This document shows positions 9,527 to 18,029 of a stretch of 64,000 bases of DNA, in pieces. The stretch spans positions 65,076 through 129,075 of the forward strand of contig CAVXVB010000008.1 of NCBI GenBank assembly GCA_963765205.1, given 5' to 3'. Position 1 is the stretch's first letter, and each line of letters begins with the position of its first letter. This stretch comes from an uncultured Verrucomicrobiae bacterium. GTDB lineage: Bacteria > Verrucomicrobiota > Verrucomicrobiia > Opitutales > JABDGR01. Both the position numbers and the translations under genes were made by a program. The notes beneath the pieces are model-generated. The model was not told the origin of the DNA. It saw nothing but the letters and a program-made list of their open reading frames with translations, and ran no database searches.

Positions 9527-10720
9527 ATGGGCAAAATTCTCGTGGCCAACATCGGCAGCACCTCGTTCAAGTTCCGCTTGTTCGAGATGCCCGGCGAGCA
9601 ACTGCTTGCCAAGGGCGGCGTCGAGCGCATTGGCGCCGCCGACAGCCCGTGGCGTGTCGAGATCACGGGGCGCGCGCCGGCAGCGGGGACGGCGAAGTTT
9701 GCCAATTGCGACGAGGCCATCGCCCATGTGGAAAACGCGTTGCGCGGCACCGTGCTCGCGGGTTTCCATGAATTGGCGGCGGTCGGCTTTAAACCCGTGA
9801 TGGCCAAGGGCGTCAGCGGCACGCAGGTGATGGATGAAAAAGTACTGGGCGCGATGGAGGCGCTTTACACGCTGCTGCCCGCGCACAATCCGCCCTACGT
9901 CAACGCGGTACGCACGTTCAACCGGCTCTACCCGAAGCTGCCGTGCATCGGCACGTTCGAGACCGCGTTCTACGACCACCTGCCGGTCGAGAACACGCGC
10001 TTCCCGGTGCCGCTCGAATGGGAGCAAAAATTGGGCATCCGGCGCACGGGCTTTCACGGCGCGAGCCATCGGTTTGTGACCGAGCGTTTCGCGCAAATCA
10101 AAGGGCGCGCGGACTTGCGCCTCATCTCGTGCCACCTCGGCGGCAGTTCCTCGATCTGCGCCGTGCGCGCGGGAAAAGCGATTGATTCAAGCTGGGGGAT
10201 GACGCCGCAAAGCGGCCTGCCGCAGAGCAACCGCGTCGGCGATTTCGACGTGTTCGCGGCGTTCTACCTCGCGAAAGACCTGGGTCTCGGCCTTGAGCAG
10301 GTTGAAAAACAGTTGTCCACCAACGCCGGGCTCAAAGGCATGTCGGGCCTGGCCACCGGCGACGTGCGCGATGTCGCGGAAGCCGCCGCTGCCGGCAACG
10401 AAAACGCGCGCACCGCCCTCGCCGTTTTTAGCAATGCCATTCGCGGTTATCTCGGGCGCTTTCTCGTCGCGCTCAATGGCGCGGATGCCCTCATCTTCAC
10501 CGCCGGCATCGGCGAAAACCGGGTTGAGCTACGCGCAACCGTCTGCGCCGACCTTGATTTCTGCGGGCTGAAACTCGATGCCCAGGCCAACGCCACTACG
10601 CACGCCACCGAGGCGAAAATCTCCGCGCCCGACTCCAAAATCGAAGTCTGGGTGATTCCGACTAATGAAGAAATTGTGATCGCACGCAACGCGTGGGCGA
10701 AGCTGCAAGGAAGGAATTAA
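9527..10720 (+). CDS. ackA: acetate/propionate (acyl) kinase
   Basis: 397 aa. ASKHA-fold AckA signature regions (ILVANIGSTSFKF, RRTGFHGASH, IPTNEEIVIAR). Confidence 0.9.
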   Translation: MGKILVANIGSTSFKFRLFEMPGEQLLAKGGVERIGAADSPWRVEITGRAPAAGTAKFANCDEAIAHVENALRGTVLAGFHELAAVGFKPVMAKGVSGTQVMDEKVLGAMEALYTLLPAHNPPYVNAVRTFNRLYPKLPCIGTFETAFYDHLPVENTRFPVPLEWEQKLGIRRTGFHGASHRFVTERFAQIKGRADLRLISCHLGGSSSICAVRAGKAIDSSWGMTPQSGLPQSNRVGDFDVFAAFYLAKDLGLGLEQVEKQLSTNAGLKGMSGLATGDVRDVAEAAAAGNENARTALAVFSNAIRGYLGRFLVALNGADALIFTAGIGENRVELRATVCADLDFCGLKLDAQANATTHATEAKISAPDSKIEVWVIPTNEEIVIARNAWAKLQGRN

Positions 10721-10922
10721 GGTTTATGATTTAAGAAGTAAAAAGTAAAAATTACGAGTTACGAAACAAAATTCCAAAAAACGAACCCCGTCATTCTTTT
10801 CTGAAATTTCAAAGCCGAAACCGAAATCTGAACCTGAACCTAGAAACTCGAAACTAAAAATCCGAAACACCAAAGCAACAACTTTTAACCTGCAACTTGC
10901 AACCTTCAACCTATATAAAACT

Positions 10923-11213
10923 ATGTCCCAACAAGCCATTGGATTGATTGAAACCCGCGGTCTGGTCGCGCTCGTCGAGGCGACGGACGCCATGCTCAAG
11001 TCGGCCAACGTCGAGTTGGTCGGCCCGCTGACCCAGGTCGGCAACGCGATGGTCACCGTCGTGGTGACCGGCGATGTCGCCGCGGTCAAGGCCGCGACGG
11101 AAGCCGGGCGCACCGCCGCGCAATCGCTCGGCGAAGTCGTGTCCGTCAGCGTCATCGCCCGCCCGCATGGCGACCTCACCACCGTCCTGCCCAAGCTGCC
11201 GGTGAAGAAATAA
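10923..11213 (+). CDS. BMC-H shell protein
   Basis: [34 protein letters not shown]... Confidence 0.9.
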   Translation: MSQQAIGLIETRGLVALVEATDAMLKSANVELVGPLTQVGNAMVTVVVTGDVAAVKAATEAGRTAAQSLGEVVSVSVIARPHGDLTTVLPKLPVKK

Positions 11214-11324
11214 TCCGGCGCGGGTGCCTATTCAGGGCGTCCGCCTGGACGGCTGCTTGCGTCGTCGTCGCGGCGCTCGCCGTTTCACCGGCGGCGCCCT
11301 CCTCAACTCCAACTCCTCTCTGCC

Positions 11325-11636
11325 ATGATTCTCGCCCGTGTCGAAGGCTACATCGTTTCCACCAAAAAGAATGCGAAGATGACCGGCTCGAAATTCCTGT
11401 TCGTGCGGCCCCTCCTCGTGGACCCGGCCAACTTGCAGGGCTTCAAGCCCGGCGCCAATACCATCGTCGCGGTGGACGACCTCGGGGCCGGCGAGGGCGA
11501 AGTCGTCCTCATCGCCCAGGGCAGTTCCGCGCGCCTGGGCGCGAAGGACAAGGACACGCCCATTGACGCCATTGTCATCGGCATCGTGGACACGGTGGAC
11601 GTGGGCAAGAAGGTCGTCTATGCGGCCAACAGCTAA
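11325..11636 (+). CDS. BMC-P vertex protein (EutN/CcmL family)
   Basis: MILARVEGYIVSTKKN...AVDDLGAGEGEVVLIAQGSSAR...AIVIGIVD. Confidence 0.85.
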   Translation: MILARVEGYIVSTKKNAKMTGSKFLFVRPLLVDPANLQGFKPGANTIVAVDDLGAGEGEVVLIAQGSSARLGAKDKDTPIDAIVIGIVDTVDVGKKVVYAANS

Positions 11637-11643
11637 CCAAATA

Positions 11644-11725
11644 AATGGAAGATGGAAAAATCAAGCCAGACAAAAACTAAAATCCACGGACAATCGTAGA
11701 AAGTTTTTTCCATTTTCCATCTTCC
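11644..11725. repeat. stutter-word inverted repeat (atggaagatggaaaa / ttttccattttccatcttcc)
   Basis: Left arm at 11644-11660, right arm at 11705-11725, between the BMC-P and aldehyde dehydrogenase genes. Confidence 0.6.
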
Positions 11726-11752
11726 TTTTTCCATTCCCAACTCCCTCTTCCC

Positions 11753-13177
11753 ATGGACCAGCAGCAAATCATCTCTCGCGTCGTGGCCGAGGTGCTCGCG
11801 CGCCTGCAGACGCAGCAGTCCGCCGCGCGCAGCGGGCAGACCGGCTTCGGCGTTTACGACAAGATGGAGGACGCCATTGCCGCCGCGCAAAAATCATTCG
11901 TGCAATTGCGCGAGGAGGGCGTGACGGCGCGCAAGAAGGCCATCGCGGCGATCCGGCGCACCTGCGTGCAGAACGCGAAAGCGTGGGGCGAAATCGAATT
12001 CGCTGAGACGAAAATCGGCCGCCTCGAACACAAAATCGAAAAGCTCAAAATCTGTTCGGAGCTGGTGCCGGGCGTCGAGATGCTGGAACGCATGGCCTTC
12101 AGCGGCGATTTCGGGCTGACGATCATTGACTTCGCGCCCTGGGGCGTCATCGGCGCGGTCACGCCGGCCACGCACAGCGTGCCGACGCTCACGGGCAACG
12201 CCATAAACATGCTGGCGGCGGGCAACAGCGTGGTTTACAACACGCATCCCTCGGCCTGCGGCGTCGCGGCACTGGCCATCCGCGCCTACAACGAGGCGAT
12301 TTTTGCGGAGACCGGCATTCCCGACCTGCTGGCCACGGTCGTCAAGCCCACACTCCAGACCTTTGACGTGATGTGCAAGCATCCCGATGTGAAATTGCTT
12401 TGCGTCACCGGCGGCCCGGCGGTCGTCGCGGCGGCGATGAAGGCCGGCAAGCGTGCGGTTTGTGCCGGCCCGGGCAATCCGCCGGTGGTGGTGGACGAAA
12501 CGGCGTGCCTCGAACGCGCGGCGCGCTGCATCATCCAGGGCGCGGCCTACGACAACAATTTGCTCTGCATCGGCGAGAAACAGGTATTTGTCGTCGAGTC
12601 GGTCGCCGACGGCCTCATCACCGCGCTCAAAAACGCGGGCGCGGTGCAACTTTCGCCGGCCCAGATTGAGGCGCTGACGAAGCAGGCGTTCACGATTGAG
12701 CCGGGGCAGGGCGGGGGCTGCGCGCACGCGCACGTCACCAAATCCTTCATTGGGCGCGACGCCGCGGTGCTGGCGAAGGCGATCGGCCTCGACGTGCCGC
12801 CGGCCACGATGCTCCTGTTTGGCGAAACCAAGGAAGACCACCTCTTTGTGCAGGAGGAGCAGATGATGCCCTTCATCCCGATAGTGCGCGTGAAGAATGT
12901 GGACGAGGCCATCGCCGCGGCCATCCGCAGCGAGCACAACTACAAGCACACGGCCATCATGCACAGCCGCAACATCACGAACCTCACCAAGTTCGCCCAA
13001 CTCGCCGACACCACGCTTTTCATCAAAAACGGCCCGTGCATGACCGGCCTCGGCCTCGGCGGCGAGGGCTTCCTCTCCTTCTCCGTCGCCACCCCGACGG
13101 GCGAAGGCGTGACGACGCCGATGACGTTCACGCGGTCGCGGCGGTGCGTGATGGTGGAGAACCTAAATCTTTATTAA
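11753..13177 (+). CDS. CoA-acylating aldehyde dehydrogenase (PduP/EutE-like) with N-terminal encapsulation helix
   Basis: 474 aa. ALDH fold with a catalytic Cys context (NNLLCIGEK). N-terminal QQQIISRVVAEVLARLQ amphipathic helix. Confidence 0.85.
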   Translation: MDQQQIISRVVAEVLARLQTQQSAARSGQTGFGVYDKMEDAIAAAQKSFVQLREEGVTARKKAIAAIRRTCVQNAKAWGEIEFAETKIGRLEHKIEKLKICSELVPGVEMLERMAFSGDFGLTIIDFAPWGVIGAVTPATHSVPTLTGNAINMLAAGNSVVYNTHPSACGVAALAIRAYNEAIFAETGIPDLLATVVKPTLQTFDVMCKHPDVKLLCVTGGPAVVAAAMKAGKRAVCAGPGNPPVVVDETACLERAARCIIQGAAYDNNLLCIGEKQVFVVESVADGLITALKNAGAVQLSPAQIEALTKQAFTIEPGQGGGCAHAHVTKSFIGRDAAVLAKAIGLDVPPATMLLFGETKEDHLFVQEEQMMPFIPIVRVKNVDEAIAAAIRSEHNYKHTAIMHSRNITNLTKFAQLADTTLFIKNGPCMTGLGLGGEGFLSFSVATPTGEGVTTPMTFTRSRRCVMVENLNLY

Positions 13178-13262
13178 TGGAAAATAGAAAAATAAAACCC
13201 AAAACCGAATTTATTTTCCACCAACTTCCGCCATTTTTTCCAGCTTCCATTTTCCATCTTTT
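13176..13262. repeat. stutter-word inverted repeat (aatggaaaatagaaaaa / ttccattttccatc)
   Basis: Same word family as 11644-11725. Located between the aldehyde dehydrogenase and the second BMC-P. Confidence 0.5.
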
Positions 13263-13268
13263 ATTCTT

Positions 13269-13547
13269 ATGCGTTTGGCCATCATCCGCGGTTATGTCAC
13301 CTCGACCGTGAAGCACAAAAGCTTCAACGGCGCGCGGCTGCTCATCGCGCAACCGGTGGACCTGGCGGACAAGCCGGACGGGCCGCCGCAGGTGGTCGTG
13401 GACCCGCTTGGCACGGCGCTGCACGAAAAAGTTATTCTCTGCAGCGACGGCAGTTGGGCGCGCACTTATTTGAAGGACCCGCGCAGCCCGTGCCGCTGGT
13501 GGATCATGGGCATCGTGGACGAAGCCACGGAAGGGAGCGTCGCATGA
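13269..13547 (+). CDS. BMC-P vertex protein (EutN/CcmL family)
   Basis: MRLAIIRGYVTSTVKHKSFNGARLLIAQP... Confidence 0.8.
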   Translation: MRLAIIRGYVTSTVKHKSFNGARLLIAQPVDLADKPDGPPQVVVDPLGTALHEKVILCSDGSWARTYLKDPRSPCRWWIMGIVDEATEGSVA

Positions 13548-13840
13548 GGCTCGCTACCGTCATCGGCCGGGTCACGCTCTCCGTGCGGCATCCGGCGCTC
13601 AACGGCGAACGCCTGCTCGTCGCGCTGCCGTGGGGGCCGAAAACGGCGCAGACCGGCCAGGACCACGATTATTCCATCGTCGTTTACGACCAGTTGGGCG
13701 CCGGCCCCGGCGGCACCATCGGCGTGTGCGAAAGCACCGAGGCCACCCGCCCGTTCGAGAAACCCACGCCCGTGGACGCCTATTGCGCCGCGCTGATTGA
13801 CACCGTTTTTTACCAACCCGAGGACCCGCACCGCGCGTGA
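13544..13840 (+). CDS. BMC-P vertex protein (EutN/CcmL family)
   Basis: Met at 13544 (MRLATVIGRVTLSVRHPALNGERLLVA...). ATGA overlap with the preceding gene. The upstream part of the track ORF is not coding-like. Confidence 0.8.
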   Translation: MRLATVIGRVTLSVRHPALNGERLLVALPWGPKTAQTGQDHDYSIVVYDQLGAGPGGTIGVCESTEATRPFEKPTPVDAYCAALIDTVFYQPEDPHRA

Positions 13841-13876
13841 TGCCCGGCTTTGGCCGCGCTCTGCGCCCCATCCATT

Positions 13877-14968
13877 ATGAAACTCTTCTCCCAAAAAGAA
13901 GCCGCTGAATTTGCCAAATCCGGCGTCAAGGAATTCCGCTTCAGCCGCGAATCCACGCGGATGACGCCCGGCGCGCGCGACGTGCTCGTCGCCGCCGGCG
14001 TCAAAATCATCTACGACCCCAACGCCGGGGCCGCGCCGACTGCCGCGCCCGCCGCGGCCAAGCCCGCCGAGCCGGCGAAAAGCGCCGCGTCCGCGCCCGC
14101 CGCCTCGAAGGGCGACATCCTCGCGCTGTTTAATTCGCCGCTCGCGAAAAAACTCAAGGACGACATTGTTGAAATCGGCAGCCGCTGCTGGAAGCGCGAT
14201 TACAACGACGGCAACGGTGGCAACATCTCCGCCCGCCTCGGCAATTATTTTCTCTGCACGCCCACCGGCGTCAGCAAGGGTTTCATGAAGCCCGACATGG
14301 TCTGCCTCGTGGACGTCGAGGGCAACCAGCTCGCCGGCAACGCCCCCTGGAAGCGCACGAGCGAAATCCTCTCGCACCTCGGCATCTACAAAACGGTGCC
14401 GACCGCCGCCGCCGTCGTCCACGCGCACCCGATCCACGCCACGGCGTTTGCCATGGCTGGCCTCGAACCGCCGCAATGCCTCATTCCCGAGGTCGAGGTT
14501 TTTGTCGGCACGATCCCCGTCGCCGAATACAAGACGCCCGGCAGCCCGCAGATGAGCGAAATTCTCGGGAAACTCGCGCCGCAGCACCAGTCCATCCTGA
14601 TGGGCAACCACGGCGTGATCTGCTGGGGCGTCAGCGTCGAGGACGCCTATTTCAAGATGGAGATCACGGACTCCTACTGCCGCACGCTCTGGGTCGCCGC
14701 GCAGTTGCCGACCAAGCGCACGACCATCCCGGCCAACGAGGTTAAAATCCTGCTCGACCTCAAAAAGAAATTGGGCCTGCCCGACGAGCGCCTGAATTTG
14801 AAGACCGCCGACCTGTGCGATTGCGACCCCTGGGAGCAAATCGCCGACCGGCAGGTGACGAGCGCGACGCCCGCCGGCCCCTCACCCGCGAAAATGACCA
14901 ACGCCGAACTCGAAGGCCTCGTGCAAAAACTCACCGAGGAAGTGATGGGGCAGTTGGGGAAGAAGTGA
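13877..14968 (+). CDS. class II aldolase (fuculose/rhamnulose-1-phosphate aldolase-like) with N- and C-terminal extensions
   Basis: The aldolase_II core runs from about residue 100 onward (GNGGNISARL..., HAHPIHATAF). It carries a 45-aa N-terminal domain, an Ala/Pro linker and a C-terminal amphipathic helix (AELEGLVQKLTEEVMGQLGKK). Confidence 0.8.
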   Translation: MKLFSQKEAAEFAKSGVKEFRFSRESTRMTPGARDVLVAAGVKIIYDPNAGAAPTAAPAAAKPAEPAKSAASAPAASKGDILALFNSPLAKKLKDDIVEIGSRCWKRDYNDGNGGNISARLGNYFLCTPTGVSKGFMKPDMVCLVDVEGNQLAGNAPWKRTSEILSHLGIYKTVPTAAAVVHAHPIHATAFAMAGLEPPQCLIPEVEVFVGTIPVAEYKTPGSPQMSEILGKLAPQHQSILMGNHGVICWGVSVEDAYFKMEITDSYCRTLWVAAQLPTKRTTIPANEVKILLDLKKKLGLPDERLNLKTADLCDCDPWEQIADRQVTSATPAGPSPAKMTNAELEGLVQKLTEEVMGQLGKK

Positions 14969-15018
14969 AGTCGCGTTCTGTCTTGCTTGAGTTTAGCTAT
15001 CAGGAATAGCTTCCAAGC

Positions 15019-15657
15019 ATGTCACCGGCAGATGTTGCTCTCGTTGTCACCGAACTCAAAAGGCTTGGCCCCATCCAACCTTCGTCGGATCGTTGCTGGA
15101 AGCGGCTTCCGGCATTAAAGGCGATTGATTGTGTTTTATCCTTAAACCGGCATTACGATCACTTCGTTGTTCCACGACTCGATCGGTTTGAATCGTCGTA
15201 TCCTGCTGTTCAAAAAATTCAGGATTTGCGCGGATTCATCAATACATTTCCGACACTGGCAGTTTTTATGGAAAAAGCATTGGATTATCATGATGCGGCT
15301 AGGGCGGAAACTTTATCGGGAGTGGTGGATTATGTTATAGGCGAGATTCAACGAATGAAGATGGATTCAGAAGAAACTTCGCTTAAAAAATGGGCGAATG
15401 ATGCCCGCCCACAAGATTATTTGATGGTGCATGTCCATGGTTTTGGACTGGCGGGCTTTCAATACCTGCGAATGCTCTTTGGCGCAAACACCACCAAGCC
15501 CGATGTCCATATTCGCGCTTATGTGGGCAAGGTGCTAAACCGTTCCGTGAGTGATTTGGAGGCGCTTGATTTCTTGCAGCATGCCGCGGAGCAGAGCGGC
15601 GTGAAACTCCGGGACTTGGACACGACGATTTGGGAGGCATCCGCGCGCGGTGCGTAA
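15019..15657 (+). CDS. hypothetical protein with helix-hairpin-helix (HhH-GPD-like) motif
   Basis: AT-richer 212-aa ORF. GFGLAGFQYLRMLFGANTTKPDVHIRAYVGKVL resembles the HhH plus following-helix motif of the EndoIII/glycosylase superfamily. The assignment is weak. Confidence 0.5.
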   Translation: MSPADVALVVTELKRLGPIQPSSDRCWKRLPALKAIDCVLSLNRHYDHFVVPRLDRFESSYPAVQKIQDLRGFINTFPTLAVFMEKALDYHDAARAETLSGVVDYVIGEIQRMKMDSEETSLKKWANDARPQDYLMVHVHGFGLAGFQYLRMLFGANTTKPDVHIRAYVGKVLNRSVSDLEALDFLQHAAEQSGVKLRDLDTTIWEASARGA

Positions 15658-15662
15658 GCGAG

Positions 15663-15938
15663 TTAATCAAATTTCCCGCTTTGGTTCAGGCGATGCACTT
15701 CGGTGTGATTGCCGAGAAACTGGACGTGAAGACCGTCCTGGGCATCCAGGAAAACGAGGCGCCAATGCAACCCCGCCCGGCACTCGAAAGTGTGTCGCCG
15801 CAATTTGCGGATGTCGAGGCCACTGTGGAGATGTGGCTGGCCGAATTCCTCGCACAAGCGGCCCAGAGCGAGCCAGCAGGCCTGCTTTTCCAATTCAGGC
15901 AGAACGGCGATTTTTGCCTGGACGGTGGACAGAATGAT
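15663..15938 (-). CDS. RelE/ParE-superfamily toxin (start codon unresolved)
   Basis: The C-terminal 90 aa (...LPELEKQACWLALGRLCEEFGQPHLHSGLDIRKLRRHTFECRAGLHWRLVFLDAQDGLHVQFLGNHTEV) fit the RelE/ParE-like pattern. There is no ATG near the domain start. It overlaps the antitoxin 3' end. Confidence 0.55.
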   Translation of the reverse strand: MILSTVQAKIAVLPELEKQACWLALGRLCEEFGQPHLHSGLDIRKLRRHTFECRAGLHWRLVFLDAQDGLHVQFLGNHTEVHRLNQSGKFD

Positions 15939-16221
15939 GAGCGATTTTTTCGCGCAGTTGTTCAGGGGTGAAACGATATTTTTCCAATTCGCCGGAGGCG
16001 CGCAGGCGTTCAGCCAGTGCTTCAGAAGCGTCGGCGAGCCGGTCAAGTTGTTCCTCCGTCACGCCGTATTCGCGCTGGGCGTAGTCGGAGGACTCGATGG
16101 GCACCTTGCGCAGGGCGATGATGTCGGCACCGCTGACAATGCCGATATCCTGGCCGGCCGCGGCGGCTTTGAGCCACTTGCCGAGGTTTTGCTTCGCGCT
16201 GGTGATGGTGAGAGTATGCAT
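15895..16221 (-). CDS. Phd/YefM-type antitoxin
   Basis: MHTLTITSAKQNLGKWLKAAAAGQDIGIV... has a typical Phd/YefM N-terminus. It lies directly upstream of the toxin frame. Confidence 0.65.
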   Translation of the reverse strand: MHTLTITSAKQNLGKWLKAAAAGQDIGIVSGADIIALRKVPIESSDYAQREYGVTEEQLDRLADASEALAERLRASGELEKYRFTPEQLREKIAHHSVHRPGKNRRSA

Positions 16222-16336
16222 ACAGCCTTTATAGAGATTTTTAAGAGGCTGTCAAGATTGGCTTGGGACACCATCGTGTGGTTTCTCTCTTTTGGTTTTA
16301 CACCATGCGCGGAAACGGGCACAATCTTGTTTTCTT

Positions 16337-17749
16337 ATGGCTTCTGTAACCTGTGCGGCGGTGGATTTGGGCGCGACGAGCGGGCGCGTCATCGTCGGCG
16401 TCTGGGGTAAAAAGCCTGCGCTGACGGAGGTTCACCGTTTCCCGAACGCCTTCCACGCCCTCGGGGTTCACGATTACTGGAACCTGCCTGGATTGTGGAA
16501 TGAGGTGTGCACGGGCCTGCGCAAGGCGAAGGCGCAGTTCCCGAAGCTCGCGTCCGTCGGCGTGGATTTTTGGGGGTGCGACCATGTGCTACTCAACGAC
16601 GCCGGGCGCCTCGTGTTCCCGCCGCACGCCTACCGCGACGCCCGCACGCAGGCCGGCCTCCAGGCGCTGGCCGCGCGCGGCCTCGACCACATCTACGCCG
16701 CCACCGGCCTGCCGAACGTCTTCTATAATTCGAGCCTCCAACTCGCGGAAGTCGTGCGCAACTGCCCGGCCGTCACCGACCTCGCCACGCGCTGCCTGTT
16801 TTTGCCGGACTATTTCAATTACCTGCTCGCGGGGCGGATGGAGAATGAAATGTCCATCGCCAGCACCACGCAATTGCTCGACGTGCATGGGCGGGACTGG
16901 TCGCGCGCGGCGCTCGAATTTTTTCATATTCCCCCGCAATGGTTCACGCCGCCGGTTTTGGCGAACACGAAGCTCGGCCGCGTGCGCGGGCTGCCGGAAC
17001 TCAAGAGCGTCACGTCCATTGTCGTCCCGGGGCACGACACCGCGTGCGCCTACGACGCGATGCCGGCCGACCCCGCGGGCGGCGACTTGTATATCAGTTC
17101 CGGCACCTGGTCGCTGGTCGGCTGCGAGAACGACACGCCGATCCTCGGCCCCGAGGCGCTCCAGGCCCACGTGGCCAACGAACGCACCGGCCGCGGCGGT
17201 TATCGTCCGCTCACGAACATCGTCGGCCTCTGGCTGCTCGAACGGACGCTGCTCGATTTCAGCGCGCGCCCGCAGAGCGCCGGCGAATGGGCCGCGCTCA
17301 TCAAAGCCGCGGAAAAATTGCCCGCGCCGAAAGTCCTGCTCGACGTGAACGACCCGGTTTTCGGCAACCCCCCCTCGATGCGCGCCGCGATTGACGCGCA
17401 GCTCAAAAAGAAAAAAGCCCGGCCGCCGGCGAACGTCGCGGGCTACGCGCGCCTGATTTTCGACTCGCTCGGCGCGGGCCATGCCGGCGCGTTGCGGATG
17501 CTCGCGCGCCTCGGCGGGAAAACCTTCCGGCGCATCCTCATGGTCGGCGGCGGCGCGAAAAACCGGCTGCTCTGCCAGGCGACGGCCGACGCCGCGGGCG
17601 TGCCGGTCGTGGCCTTCGCGCTCGAAGGCACCGCGCTGGGCAACCTCGCCAGCCAGTGGGTCGCCCTCGGCGTGGTCCGCGACCGCGCGGCCTTCCGCGC
17701 CCACCTCGCGCCCACCCTCCAGCAAACCATTTACACGCCCCGCAATTAG
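16337..17749 (+). CDS. rhaB: rhamnulokinase (FGGY family)
   Basis: From the Met at 16337: MASVTCAAVDLGATSGRVIVG...GVDFWGCDHVLL...AYRDARTQ...LFLPDYFNYLLAG... This aligns in pattern with RhaB. Confidence 0.8.
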   Translation: MASVTCAAVDLGATSGRVIVGVWGKKPALTEVHRFPNAFHALGVHDYWNLPGLWNEVCTGLRKAKAQFPKLASVGVDFWGCDHVLLNDAGRLVFPPHAYRDARTQAGLQALAARGLDHIYAATGLPNVFYNSSLQLAEVVRNCPAVTDLATRCLFLPDYFNYLLAGRMENEMSIASTTQLLDVHGRDWSRAALEFFHIPPQWFTPPVLANTKLGRVRGLPELKSVTSIVVPGHDTACAYDAMPADPAGGDLYISSGTWSLVGCENDTPILGPEALQAHVANERTGRGGYRPLTNIVGLWLLERTLLDFSARPQSAGEWAALIKAAEKLPAPKVLLDVNDPVFGNPPSMRAAIDAQLKKKKARPPANVAGYARLIFDSLGAGHAGALRMLARLGGKTFRRILMVGGGAKNRLLCQATADAAGVPVVAFALEGTALGNLASQWVALGVVRDRAAFRAHLAPTLQQTIYTPRN

Positions 17750-17813
17750 GCTGACTTTCCGCCGGGAATCTGTCTCAAAATTGAAAAACGAAATGATTTC
17801 GCACGAATGCCGC

Positions 17814-17883
17814 GGGCGCAGCAAGCCTGCGCCCCTACAAGAGAACCGACGCGACCCTGGAGGGGCGCAGTCTCGCTGCGCCC
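17814..17883. repeat. REP-like palindrome pair (gggcgcagcaagNctgcgcccc family)
   Basis: Hairpin at 17814-17835 and an inverted copy at 17862-17883. Other copies are at 19041-19062 and 28306-28375, with a degenerate copy near 31041-31075. Confidence 0.7.
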
Positions 17884-17918
17884 GCTTCGAAAGGAGTTTG
17901 CGCGGAATTTTTTCTTTG

Positions 17919-18028
17919 CCGCCTCAGTGCCTCAGTGTCTCAGTGCCTTAGTCCCTCAGTCGCCTCAGTCGCTTTAGTCGCCTCAGTGCCTTTGTCCCTC
18001 AGTCCCTTTGCCCCTTCGCCCTCTCCTC
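17919..18028. repeat. degenerate tandem 8-9-mer array (cctcagtgc)n forming the lutA leader
   Basis: About 11 consecutive variants of cctcagtgc / cctcagtcg / ccttagtcc end 2 nt before the lutA start. Confidence 0.7.
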
Positions 18029-18029
18029 A

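Noticed and set aside
17919-18028. Possible CRISPR array, given the many short repeats in this window.
   Set aside because: The units are 8-9 nt, contiguous and without spacers. The other repeats are inverted pairs rather than regularly spaced direct repeats of 24-48 nt. No cas genes are present.
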